Positions 1 through 7,670 of a stretch of DNA of 20,000 nucleotides are shown piece after piece. The DNA is from an uncultured bacterium (lineage in GTDB: Bacteria; B130-G9): the NCBI GenBank assembly GCA_965372715.1, contig CBDVDH010000011.1, positions 54,708-74,707 on the forward strand. The letters are read 5' to 3'. The notes beneath the pieces are model-generated. The model was not told where the DNA came from and did not search any database. It saw only the letters and a list, made by a program, of their open reading frames with translations. The position numbers and the translations under genes were made by a program. Position 1 is the stretch's first letter. The number at the start of each line of letters is the position of its first letter.

Positions 1-1
1 T

Positions 2-160
2 GGAGTTTCTGGTGTGGAGTTCGACGACTGCTTCGAGCAACGAGAGATTGTAGAGATCGACGGGGTCCCCATCAATATCATCTCTCTGGCGATGCTCAAG
101 AGGAACAAGAAGGCAAGCGGCCGGTTGAGGGATTTGGAGGACCTACGGCATCTGCAATGA
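2..160 (+). CDS. C-terminal fragment of a putative nucleotidyltransferase-family protein (5' end outside window)
   Basis: Not in the ORF track. Frame 2 reads GVSGVEFDDCFEQREIVEIDGVPINIISLAMLKRNKKASGRLRDLEDLRHLQ* (TGA 158-160). The ending 'EIDGVPINIISL..LKxNKxASGRxxDLxDL' is typical of small predicted nucleotidyltransferases (DUF6036/DUF2204-like). Confidence 0.7.
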   Translation, partial: GVSGVEFDDCFEQREIVEIDGVPINIISLAMLKRNKKASGRLRDLEDLRHLQ

Positions 161-386
161 CAATCCAGGCGTGTCCGAAGCCGCCGTGTATTCCCGTGCC
201 TAGGGTCTGCCGGGGGCGCAAGAGGAGAACATATAGGAGTCCTGGCGGCGCCTCTATATAGCCCTCAAACTCGTAGAGCAACCCAATCGTTGGGACTTCG
301 GCGGCCTGGCTCAACTTATGGTCTCGGACCATCAGCTTTTCCCCCCAGAGACATTAGTTCGCATACAGTTTTTCCTAGATATTGTG

Positions 387-473
387 CAGCCCCTTCAGGG
401 CTGACAGGTGATTTTGCCGCCTCTGATCCGCAGGTTAAAACCTACGGCTACTCACCTTGCTCCCTTTCAGGGA
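387..473. repeat. Composite three-hairpin REP-like element
   Basis: CAGCCC-cttca-GGGCTG (387-403), CCGCAGGT-taaa-ACCTACGG (428-447, one mismatch) and TCCC-tttca-GGGA (461-473). The two outer hairpins share the CCYTTCAGGG core. Confidence 0.55.
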
Positions 474-517
474 ACTGAAGGATTCCAGCCTTGAACTGCC
501 AACGGTCAACCGGCAAT

Positions 518-545
518 GGCATTCGCCGCGCGGCGAACGCCCTAC
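518..545 (-). repeat. GTAG-type REP-like palindrome / possible terminator after the oxidoreductase operon
   Basis: Minus strand reads GTAGGGCGTTCGCCGCGCGGCGAATGCC: a GTAG tetranucleotide plus a GC-rich hairpin, starting about 10 nt after the gamma-subunit stop. Confidence 0.6.
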
Positions 546-554
546 ACTGCCAAC

Positions 555-1088
555 TTAGCTGGCCTGCTCGTAACCGCGTTTGGCGGCGGCGAGGTTCAGT
601 TCCAGGAACTGCTTTTTCTTGGCGAAGTTCTCCTCAATCACGCCCAGGACCGTGTCGAACTTGACGACTTTGGTCAGTGCGACATAAGCACCGAGCGCGA
701 CCATGTTGGCCGCCTTGCCGTTGCCCAGTTTGAGGGCGATCTCATTCGCTGGGACGGTCTCGATCCGAATGTCGGTTCTGTCCGAAGTCGTATCAATCAG
801 CGATCGATTGATGAGCAGAAGCCCGTTTGGGCTGACCCTTGGGCCGAATTTGGCCAACGAGGGCTTGTTCATGACGACAACGGTGTTAGGGTAATCGATG
901 ATCGGGGAACCGATGGGGTCCTCGGACACAATGACTGTGCAATTGCACGTGCCGCCGCGCATCTCAGGTCCGTAAGAGGGTATCCAGACGACTTCCTTGC
1001 CCTCTTTTAGCCCTGAAAGCGCCAAGAACTTCCCGAACAGGAGAACGCCCTGCCCGCCAAAACCCGCTACTATTAACTCTGTAGTCAT
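555..1088 (-). CDS. 2-oxoacid:ferredoxin oxidoreductase gamma subunit (PorG/KorC-like)
   Basis: MTTELIVAGFGGQGVL...PSYGPEMRGG...KAANMVALGA, the POR gamma signature. ATG at 1088 with GGTGG upstream is preferred over the TTG at 1106. Confidence 0.92.
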   Translation of the reverse strand: MTTELIVAGFGGQGVLLFGKFLALSGLKEGKEVVWIPSYGPEMRGGTCNCTVIVSEDPIGSPIIDYPNTVVVMNKPSLAKFGPRVSPNGLLLINRSLIDTTSDRTDIRIETVPANEIALKLGNGKAANMVALGAYVALTKVVKFDTVLGVIEENFAKKKQFLELNLAAAKRGYEQAS

Positions 1089-1142
1089 TCTAATCCCACC
1101 ATACAATTACTTGTTGATTTCGTACTCTACAGAAACTCGGCA

Positions 1143-1901
1143 TCAAGACTTGACCTCATCGCCGTTAGGTGACTTGAAGACGCCCAACGGGAAGTAAGGA
1201 ACCATGTCCTTTGCCACCCTCTCCTGGGCCTGCTTCGGCGTCATGCCCCAGTTCGTTGGGCACGTCGAGAGCACCTCGACGAATGTGAAGCATCTGTTTG
1301 CCACCTGAAGCTCAAACGCTTTCTTGATCATCTTTTTTGTCTTGATGATCTCCTTCGTGGAATGTGCCGAGGTTCTGGCGATAAACCCATCCGTCTTGAG
1401 GCTCGAGAGGATCTCACACATCCGGATTGGCCAGCCGATGTGCTCAACATCCCTGCCATAAGGCGACGTTGTGGTCACCTGACCCGGCATCGTAGTAGGC
1501 GCCATTTGCCCGCCTGTCATCCCATAGACTGTGTTGTTGATGAAGATCACTGTGATCTTCTCGCCTCGATTGCAGGAGTGCACAATCTCGGCCATCCCGA
1601 TCGAGGCCAGGTCGCCGTCGCCCTGATACGCAAAGATGATCAGGTCCGGTCGTGCCCTCTTGGCGCCTGTCGCAACCGCTGGAGCGCGGCCATGAGACGC
1701 CTCAAAGAAATCAGTGTTGAAGTAGTTGTAGGCCAAGACCGAGCAGCCGACCGGCGCGATGCCAACGGTGCGCTCCTGAATCCCGAGCTCGTCGATGCAC
1801 TCCGCAATGATCCTGTGGACTATCCCATGAGAACAGCCCGGGCAGTAATGTGTAACCACGTCCGCAAGTGCTTTTGGCCTCTTGAAAACGACCTTCCTCA
1901 T
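1143..1901 (-). CDS. 2-oxoacid:ferredoxin oxidoreductase beta subunit, TPP-binding (VorA-type, likely branched-chain 2-oxoacid)
   Basis: HYCPGCSHG, GCS, HGRAPAVATG, TPP motif QGDGDLASIG...NN, YGMTGGQMAPTT, EVLSTCPTNWG. ATGA overlap with the alpha gene. Confidence 0.92.
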   Translation of the reverse strand: MRKVVFKRPKALADVVTHYCPGCSHGIVHRIIAECIDELGIQERTVGIAPVGCSVLAYNYFNTDFFEASHGRAPAVATGAKRARPDLIIFAYQGDGDLASIGMAEIVHSCNRGEKITVIFINNTVYGMTGGQMAPTTMPGQVTTTSPYGRDVEHIGWPIRMCEILSSLKTDGFIARTSAHSTKEIIKTKKMIKKAFELQVANRCFTFVEVLSTCPTNWGMTPKQAQERVAKDMVPYFPLGVFKSPNGDEVKS

Positions 1902-2974
1902 CTTTTGTCCACCTCCTCACCCTTCACAATCTTTTCAATCTGCTTGATGATCTCGTCAGGCGTCGGGATTATCCCGCCGGTCCGGCCGTAGAAGTGGACC
2001 GGCCTTGTCCCCTCGAGCGCTATCTTCACATCGTCAACCATCTGCCCGGTTGACATCTCTATGCAGAAGACCGATTTGGCCTCTTGAGCCGCATCGTAAA
2101 GCTGCTTACATGGGAACGGGAAGAGGGTTATGGGCCTGAACAGACCTACCGAAATCCCCTCCTTCTTGAGCATCTCTATCACAGTCTTGCATATCCTGGC
2201 CATCGAACCGTAGGCGGCAATCAGAACGTCATACTTGCCGTCGCAGTTGAACAGCTCCCAGCGGAGCTCGTCCCTGGCCATCGCCTCGTATTTTGCCTTT
2301 AGCTCCCAGCTGTTCGCCTCGAGCTTCAACGGGTCGAGATAGAGCGAGTTTATGATGCTTCGCTCTCTGTCGCCCTTGTAGCCCGTTGCCGCCCAGGTCT
2401 TCGGCGGCAGCTTGACCTCTTTCTTCTCCTTGAACTCAACCGGTTCCATCATCTGGCCGATCATCCCGTCGCCTATGACCATCACAGGGTTCCGATACTT
2501 GTCGGCCAGGTCGAAGGCGTCCATGATCAGGTCGGCCGCCTCCTGAACCGACGCTGGCGCAAGAACCAGTATTCTAAAATCGCCGTGGCCTAGTCCCCTC
2601 GTGGCCTGCCAATAGTCCGACTGTGCTGGCAAAATGCCGCCGAGTCCGGGGCCGCCACGGACGATGTTGACAACGACAACAGGAAGCTGGGCCCCCGCTA
2701 TGTAGGACAAGCCCTCCGACATCAGACTGATGCCAGGGCCGGAGGACGACGTGAAAACTCGCTCGCCAACACCCGCCGCCCCATACAGCATGTTGCTCGC
2801 AGCGACCTCGCTCTCGGCCTGAAGGTAGCAACCTCCGACCTGGGGAAGCCGTCGCGAAAGGTATTCGGGTATCTCATTCTGCGGCGTAATCGGATACCCA
2901 AAGAAGAGCGTGCAGCCGGCCATTATCGCCGCCTCTGCAAGCGCCTCGTTTCCTTTCATCAAGATTTTAGCCAT
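1898..2974 (-). CDS. vorB: 2-oxoacid:ferredoxin oxidoreductase alpha subunit (3-methyl-2-oxobutanoate dehydrogenase VorB-type)
   Basis: MKGNEALAEAAI..GC..FFGYPITPQNEIPEY, QAESEVAA, TSSSGPGISL, RGGPGLGGILPAQSDY, DGMIGQMMEPV, EMSTGQMVDDV, characteristic of the VorB-type alpha subunit. Confidence 0.9.
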   Translation of the reverse strand: MAKILMKGNEALAEAAIMAGCTLFFGYPITPQNEIPEYLSRRLPQVGGCYLQAESEVAASNMLYGAAGVGERVFTSSSGPGISLMSEGLSYIAGAQLPVVVVNIVRGGPGLGGILPAQSDYWQATRGLGHGDFRILVLAPASVQEAADLIMDAFDLADKYRNPVMVIGDGMIGQMMEPVEFKEKKEVKLPPKTWAATGYKGDRERSIINSLYLDPLKLEANSWELKAKYEAMARDELRWELFNCDGKYDVLIAAYGSMARICKTVIEMLKKEGISVGLFRPITLFPFPCKQLYDAAQEAKSVFCIEMSTGQMVDDVKIALEGTRPVHFYGRTGGIIPTPDEIIKQIEKIVKGEEVDKR

Positions 2975-3037
2975 ATAGCCAACCCCTTCTGTTCTTGAGG
3001 GTTTACTGTGAAATCAAGAATTCGCAGGTTTTCGTGC

Positions 3038-3259
3038 CTATTTATACACCTCTATGGCCACGTCCGGGCAGGAAATCGCGCACATACCGCAACCAATGCA
3101 ATCCTCCGGACGAACCGCCTCGGCGTAGAAGTAGCCCTTCGAGTTTATCTTGGTGGACATTGCCAAGACATCCTTCGGGCAGGCCCCAATACACAACTCA
3201 CAACCCTTGCAGCCCTCTTTGTCAATCTCTACACGTCCGATCGCTTTAACTTCTGGCAT
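3038..3259 (-). CDS. 2x[4Fe-4S] ferredoxin, oxidoreductase delta subunit
   Basis: Two CxxCxxCxxxCP motifs (CKGCELCIGACP; CIGCGMCAISCP) and INSKGY. Lies directly upstream of the alpha subunit, with AGAGGGAG upstream. Confidence 0.93.
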   Translation of the reverse strand: MPEVKAIGRVEIDKEGCKGCELCIGACPKDVLAMSTKINSKGYFYAEAVRPEDCIGCGMCAISCPDVAIEVYK

Positions 3260-3986
3260 CGCTCCCTCTCTTCGATATGGCTGCGTCTGGTCCCGTCATC
3301 TCCCAGGGCAGCAAAACGTATCTCTCCATGGCAAAAACCGGCGTGGATAATTCAGCAGCGTCCAGCCTCTCCGCTACCGATTTCTCCGCAGAAATGAACC
3401 TTACATCAACACCGAGCCGCCTGGCAAGACGCTCAGCGACTTTGTAGCCTTTAAGCACCATCTCCGGCGTTGTCTCCCGCAGAAGGTGAGTGTTGGAAAC
3501 AACCCCAGTAACTCGCAGATTAGATGCGTCCTCTATTCTATGCAAAACGCACTCGCTGCCATCCGTATCTCCTGTAAAGGGCCGATTCGCGTTGACTACC
3601 GCGAGCAGATCGTAATCGATTTCGTCTGCCTCATCGAACAACGAGGCGAGGACCCGGCTGCCGGCCGCCTCGCCTCCGACGTCAAGGACTACGCTGGCGC
3701 CCTCGTCGTGTATGGCGCCCGCTATGCCCGGGAGAATAATCGGAAGGTCGGCCCAGGCCTGCTCGCCCACGGGCGCTATGAGCTCGATGTCCGCGCTGCT
3801 GAGAATCTCGGACGCCTCTCTGCTCCTAAAATACGGGTTCACAATGTCGAGGTCGGCTATCTTGACCCGCTCATTATAGCCTCTCAAAGCAAGGGCAAAG
3901 TTCAACGAGACCTCCGTCTTACCGCTCCCATAGTCACCGACGAAGATGGTCAATCTTTTTGTGCGAAAACGAATGGTCCGCTCCAT
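3246..3986 (-). CDS. Uncharacterised P-loop ATPase (MinD/CbiA-like nucleotide-binding protein)
   Basis: Walker A GDYGSGKTEVSLN, DLDIVNPYFRSRE, DLP, LDVGG, VVNANRPFT, SNTHL. Overlaps the ferredoxin start by 14 nt. Start could be ATG 3986 or TTG 3989/3995. Confidence 0.8.
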   Translation of the reverse strand: MERTIRFRTKRLTIFVGDYGSGKTEVSLNFALALRGYNERVKIADLDIVNPYFRSREASEILSSADIELIAPVGEQAWADLPIILPGIAGAIHDEGASVVLDVGGEAAGSRVLASLFDEADEIDYDLLAVVNANRPFTGDTDGSECVLHRIEDASNLRVTGVVSNTHLLRETTPEMVLKGYKVAERLARRLGVDVRFISAEKSVAERLDAAELSTPVFAMERYVLLPWEMTGPDAAISKRGSDARS

Positions 3987-3994
3987 CAATTCCA

Positions 3995-4022
3995 ACTATA
4001 CATAATTCAGCAGGAAGGGCAA
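3995..4022 (-). promoter_or_regulatory. Possible sigma70 promoter for the ATPase-vor operon (possibly leaderless mRNA)
   Basis: Minus strand TTGCCC-N16-TATAGT. The -10 box ends 8 nt before ATG 3986 and there is no Shine-Dalgarno. Confidence 0.35.
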
Positions 4023-4122
4023 ATACTTTTGTATGAGATAGCTGATCTGCTGTTATCTCCGAAGGAATCCTTGAAGAAAGCGAGTGTTACCTATGAATGT
4101 TCAGACTGCGAAACCCAATAGA

Positions 4123-4641
4123 TCATCTCCCGCGGTCGCCGCGCCGCCGGTCCCGAAACAGCATGAACCTGACGATGAGGTCAGCGGCCTTCCGAATTAA
4201 AACCGCCAACAACTTGTCGAGGAGAACCATCGGCCGTCCGACGAGGTAGGATGGATTCATGGACGCTAGAACCGCTCTTGAGAACGGCACGAAACCTACG
4301 TTCGGGATATGGGCGAGGCGCCTCAAAGAGCGCACGAGGCACGCCAGCGCAATAGCCCTGACGCCGACTCGCACTGCTTTCTCTTTTTGCAGCAGGACGC
4401 ATAGGGCGTAGCGTTCTACTCGCAGTTGCCTGACAAGCGACGGACTTAGGGCGAAGCTGACGGCGCCGACCCGCCGGGCAGTGATGATTCTCTGCACTCT
4501 ATCAAGGCCTTCAAGGCCTCTTGCGATGTCATGCTGCGCGCAGAGCGTGATCGATACATCGGGCACGAGGCGCAGAGTGTCTGCAATTGCCTCTCGAAGG
4601 TGATCGATGTCCGAGGTCAATAGTATCAACGCTTTTGACAA
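4123..4641 (-). CDS. Hypothetical protein, weak resemblance to the N-terminal domain of GT9 (heptosyltransferase-like) proteins
   Basis: From TTG 4641: SKALILLTSDIDHLREAIADTLRLVPDVSITLCAQ...VQRIIT...LVRQLRVERYALCVLL, an alternating beta/alpha pattern. Purine-rich AGAAGGGCGGGGG upstream. The longer track ORF (to 4953) runs through a REP element. Confidence 0.45.
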   Translation of the reverse strand: MSKALILLTSDIDHLREAIADTLRLVPDVSITLCAQHDIARGLEGLDRVQRIITARRVGAVSFALSPSLVRQLRVERYALCVLLQKEKAVRVGVRAIALACLVRSLRRLAHIPNVGFVPFSRAVLASMNPSYLVGRPMVLLDKLLAVLIRKAADLIVRFMLFRDRRRGDRGR

Positions 4642-4729
4642 CTGCCCCCGCCCTTCTGTTGAGAAAAAATCATATTGTGGCCGTAGTAGCCTCGCCAATT
4701 GCGCCAAATGCGCCAACGCATCTATTATA

Positions 4730-4753
4730 CTATAGCACGCGCTATAGCACGCG
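4730..4753. repeat. 12-bp tandem direct repeat next to a minus-strand TATAAT
   Basis: CTATAGCACGCG x2 (4730-4741, 4742-4753). The minus strand reads TATAAT at 4729-4724. Confidence 0.6.
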
Positions 4754-4816
4754 GCCGGACTTGTGTAGCGCAGGAGTCTCACCCAATAATCACATTGACG
4801 GAAGCTCGTTCTGGCT

Positions 4817-4986
4817 TTTTGGACTGCGGCGGCTTGACGCCGCTTTCTTTTTGGTGGTGGCCTGACACCACGCTCTGATAGACATCTATTGTGAACTTGG
4901 GGGCCGCGATCCGGAGAATAGGGCTTCCTCCAACAGTGTTCATGCCGCGGCAAGTCAAAGCGGCGTCAAGCCGCCGCACTCCAAAA
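4817..4986. repeat. REPIN/MITE-like element: two inverted 30-bp palindromic REP arms with a 110-bp spacer
   Basis: TTTTGGACTGCGGCGGCTTGACGCCGCTTT (4817-4846) and AAAGCGGCGTCAAGCCGCCGCACTCCAAAA (4957-4986) are 29/30 reverse complements. Each arm has an internal GCGGCG/CGCCGC stem. Confidence 0.8.
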
Positions 4987-5043
4987 TCACCCAATGGGTG
5001 CAACTCGCAGACGGACCCCTGTCAAACACATCACCTTTAGAAC

Positions 5044-5115
5044 GGGCGGTGTCTCAGACCTCGCCCCTACGCAACTGCAACGACTTATGACCCAGCCTCA
5101 GAAGGCCTGCCCCAC
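5044..5115 (-). repeat. Two degenerate GTAG/GTGG-type REP-like palindromes
   Basis: Minus strand GTAGGGGCGAGGTCTGAGACACCGCCC (5070-5044) and GTGGGGCAGGCCTTCTGAGGCTGGG (5115-5091). Confidence 0.5.
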
Positions 5116-5333
5116 ACCGATTGAGAGTCACCGCCTCGGATTATTCCGGTTACCGGTTATGTGGCCTCAGTCACAATGACTGTAAAATGAAGTGCGCTTT
5201 GAGCACAGGAGTGCCCGCGGCAAGCTGCAACAGATTCGCGATGGACGGGATTGGACCTCTATAAGCGGGCGCAGTATCCGCTCCCCTTTTCTCCTCTTCG
5301 CCGTTTGCCCCGCGGGGAACTTTTCTAGTGGTG

Positions 5334-5363
5334 TTGACGAAAAGCCAACGATGTTGCTATATT
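5334..5363 (+). promoter_or_regulatory. Putative sigma70 promoter of the signalling cluster
   Basis: TTGACG (5334-5339), 18-nt spacer, TATATT (5358-5363) with an extended -10 TG at 5355-5356. Confidence 0.5.
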
Positions 5364-5486
5364 ATGCTGGAGTTGATTTTGTGACTCAGATTCGGATACT
5401 GAGAGAGGTTTTTGTCGCGAACGACAATGGCAAGATTCGCGGGCGACTGTCAATAAATAAGGATATTATCCACCGGAGGGATATGA

Positions 5487-6596
5487 ATGGAAGACAGACT
5501 GGAACGCCCTCAGAAGCCTAAGGTGCTCATTGTTGATGATGAGGAGACGATCCTTAGGATGTTCAAGAACCAGTTCAGAAAGGACTACGAGATAGCCATC
5601 GCGGCCAGCGCGGAGGAGGGTCTGAAGATATTGGCTGATTTCGAGGCGGACGTAGTCGTCTCGGACCAGAAGATGCCTGGGATGAAGGGCGTTGATTTTT
5701 TGGTGCAGGTCAAGGTTACGCACCCCCATGCGGTGAGAATGCTCCTCACGGGCTATACGGATGCCGAGGTTGCAAAGGACGCCATCAACAAGGGCGAGGT
5801 TACTGCTTATATCGACAAGCCGTGGGAGCGGGACAAGCTCCGGCAGCTCATCAACAAGTCAATAGAGCAGCAGCAGCTGGTGCTCGGCAAGATGATGACG
5901 CACCTGGAGACCGAGATGCAGACGCAGTTTCATCGCGACTTCAAGGATGCCGGCATCAAGGTGGAGGCGCTGAGTTATGACGAGAAGCAGCTCGCGATCC
6001 GGAAGCGGCGGGAGGACTTTGTTGGAGCCTTCAAGCTGGGCGAGAAGGAATACGTTGTCGAGGCGTCGTTCGTGTTGTTCCCGCGGACGCCGAGGAATCT
6101 CTTCATGCGGGAGATAGCCAAGATTGCCAATACTCCCGAGGACCTCGCGGATATAGGCAAGCTGTTGGGCGACAAGGTTGAGACAGAGGTTCTTGACGTC
6201 CAGGGGACTTTCAAGTTCTGGTTCGAGACGCGAGCCATGTGGCGCCGGTCGCTGCGGGTGACCAGCAACGTTACTTATGCCACGAGATGGCCGATGAGTC
6301 GTGTCGATTTCAAGCGGCTCTATTCTGGAATGGAGACAGCGCTTCGGATTGGTCAGAAGATCGAGTCGCTGTCAAAGGCGTCTTTCCGAGGCGAGCGATT
6401 CAAGTTCACGATCGAACCGGTTTACATATTCGGCTCGTTGGACATAAGGAAACACAACAGAAACGTGTATCGATTCGATCAGTTTCTATACGGACACCCG
6501 ACCACATTGACTGGATCGCTCGTCGCCGCGGACCTGGGCGGCCTTTATGAGAACCTCGATCGCGAGAAGGACGTATTCCTGCGCGCCAGCGCTTAA
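5487..6596 (+). CDS. Response regulator: N-terminal receiver domain plus unrecognised ~240-aa C-terminal domain
   Basis: VLIVDDE, VVVSDQKMPGMKG (phosphoacceptor D), LLTGY, YIDKPW (HupR-like REC). SD GGAGGG 6 nt before the ATG. Confidence 0.85.
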   Translation: MEDRLERPQKPKVLIVDDEETILRMFKNQFRKDYEIAIAASAEEGLKILADFEADVVVSDQKMPGMKGVDFLVQVKVTHPHAVRMLLTGYTDAEVAKDAINKGEVTAYIDKPWERDKLRQLINKSIEQQQLVLGKMMTHLETEMQTQFHRDFKDAGIKVEALSYDEKQLAIRKRREDFVGAFKLGEKEYVVEASFVLFPRTPRNLFMREIAKIANTPEDLADIGKLLGDKVETEVLDVQGTFKFWFETRAMWRRSLRVTSNVTYATRWPMSRVDFKRLYSGMETALRIGQKIESLSKASFRGERFKFTIEPVYIFGSLDIRKHNRNVYRFDQFLYGHPTTLTGSLVAADLGGLYENLDREKDVFLRASA

Positions 6597-6743
6597 GGGC
6601 TCGGTGCACACATCCGAGACGTAGTTGCGCGGCAGTTTCTTCCCGAGCGTCAGGATGCCGGGCACATTTGTTCACGTGCTGCTGTTGTGTTTGAGAATGA
6701 GCGGACCTTGCCAGAAGTGAATCATGGGATATAGAGCGAGAAG

Positions 6744-7670
6744 TTGAGCGATAAGATCGATGAGGCAGTCGGGGGGCGTGTTCGTGAGGATGAGTCACCG
6801 ATCAGACCACTGGGCAAACGCCAGCAGTTTGCTGTTTCGGTTAGCACGGCTGCTGAGGTTTATCACGAGATAGGCAACGCCCTGAGTGTGCTCGTTCCCA
6901 AGCTAAGGCTGCTTAGACAGCATTTTAAGCAGATTACCGAGCTCTTGGGCGAGTTTGGCAGGATTGACCCCGACGCGCCTGCAACGGAGGTGAGGCGGGG
7001 CGTTCTCCGGTGTCGGAAGCTTGCCGATAGCGGCCCTGGAATTGACCGCCACATCAAGAAGGTGGCCGGCGCTTTTGATCCTTGCTTCAGAGAACTGGAA
7101 GTTGTCAAGATAGCGTCCGAGCATCTTAGGGGAGGGAAGAATGCTGGAACGGTTCGAGCGCCCATTGACGCTCGAGAAGAACTGGAACACATCGTTGACC
7201 TTTTCAAGGAACATCTCAAGGAAGTAGAGGGCATTGGGATCGACTTCGTGGAGGGTTGCAGCAAGAAAGGCGGTAAGTCGATTGAGATAGCCTGTACCCC
7301 CGAGGAGTTCTCATACATCCTTAAGAACCTCGTGCGCAACGCTGTCGATGCGATCAATGAGAAACGGTGCCTGGGCGGGTATAAGTCTGGTGAGGAACTC
7401 CAAATCCAGCTTGGGACGTCTAGGAGCGATGGCTATGCGCGGATAACGTGTCGAGACAATGGCATAGGGATGAACGAAAAGCTCAGGGAGAAGATCTTTG
7501 ACCCGTTCTTCACAACCAAGTCGCACTCGAAGGGGACTGGCGTGGGGCTCAGCATTGTCAAAGAGATCGTTGAGAAGCGAGGTGGCACGATCAAAGTGGA
7601 AACCCCGGGGGGTGAGACGATATTCGTCATCGATCTGCCCTTGCATGAAAGGTCTGGCGATGGAAAGTAG
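6744..7670 (+). CDS. Cytoplasmic histidine kinase without a sensor domain (HisKA + HATPase_c)
   Basis: H-box EVYHEIGNALS, N-box KNLVRNAVDAI, G1 DNGIGM, F-box IFDPFFTTK, G2 GTGVGLSI. TTG start is uncertain. No hydrophobic TM segment. Confidence 0.82.
   Translation: MSDKIDEAVGGRVREDESPIRPLGKRQQFAVSVSTAAEVYHEIGNALSVLVPKLRLLRQHFKQITELLGEFGRIDPDAPATEVRRGVLRCRKLADSGPGIDRHIKKVAGAFDPCFRELEVVKIASEHLRGGKNAGTVRAPIDAREELEHIVDLFKEHLKEVEGIGIDFVEGCSKKGGKSIEIACTPEEFSYILKNLVRNAVDAINEKRCLGGYKSGEELQIQLGTSRSDGYARITCRDNGIGMNEKLREKIFDPFFTTKSHSKGTGVGLSIVKEIVEKRGGTIKVETPGGETIFVIDLPLHERSGDGK

Noticed and set aside
208-216. TGCCGGGGG matching the tRNA-Leu 3' end, as a possible att repeat
   Set aside because: Only 9 bp of GC-rich sequence, and it would enclose housekeeping-type genes. 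No integrase is present, so chance is likely.
516-4121. Plus-strand ORFs such as 516-1010, 1362-1991, 3008-3397 and 3486-4121
   Set aside because: They are antisense shadows of well-supported minus-strand genes.
4642-4953. N-terminal extension of the 276-aa ORF
   Set aside because: It runs through the REP arm and promoter-like repeats, and its composition is not protein-like.
5192-5521. 109-aa plus-strand ORF before the response regulator
   Set aside because: It has no motifs and spans the predicted promoter and SD of the regulator.
7498-7659. Track start of the hybrid kinase at 7498
   Set aside because: It would overlap the upstream kinase by about 170 nt. ATG 7660 directly precedes the receiver domain.
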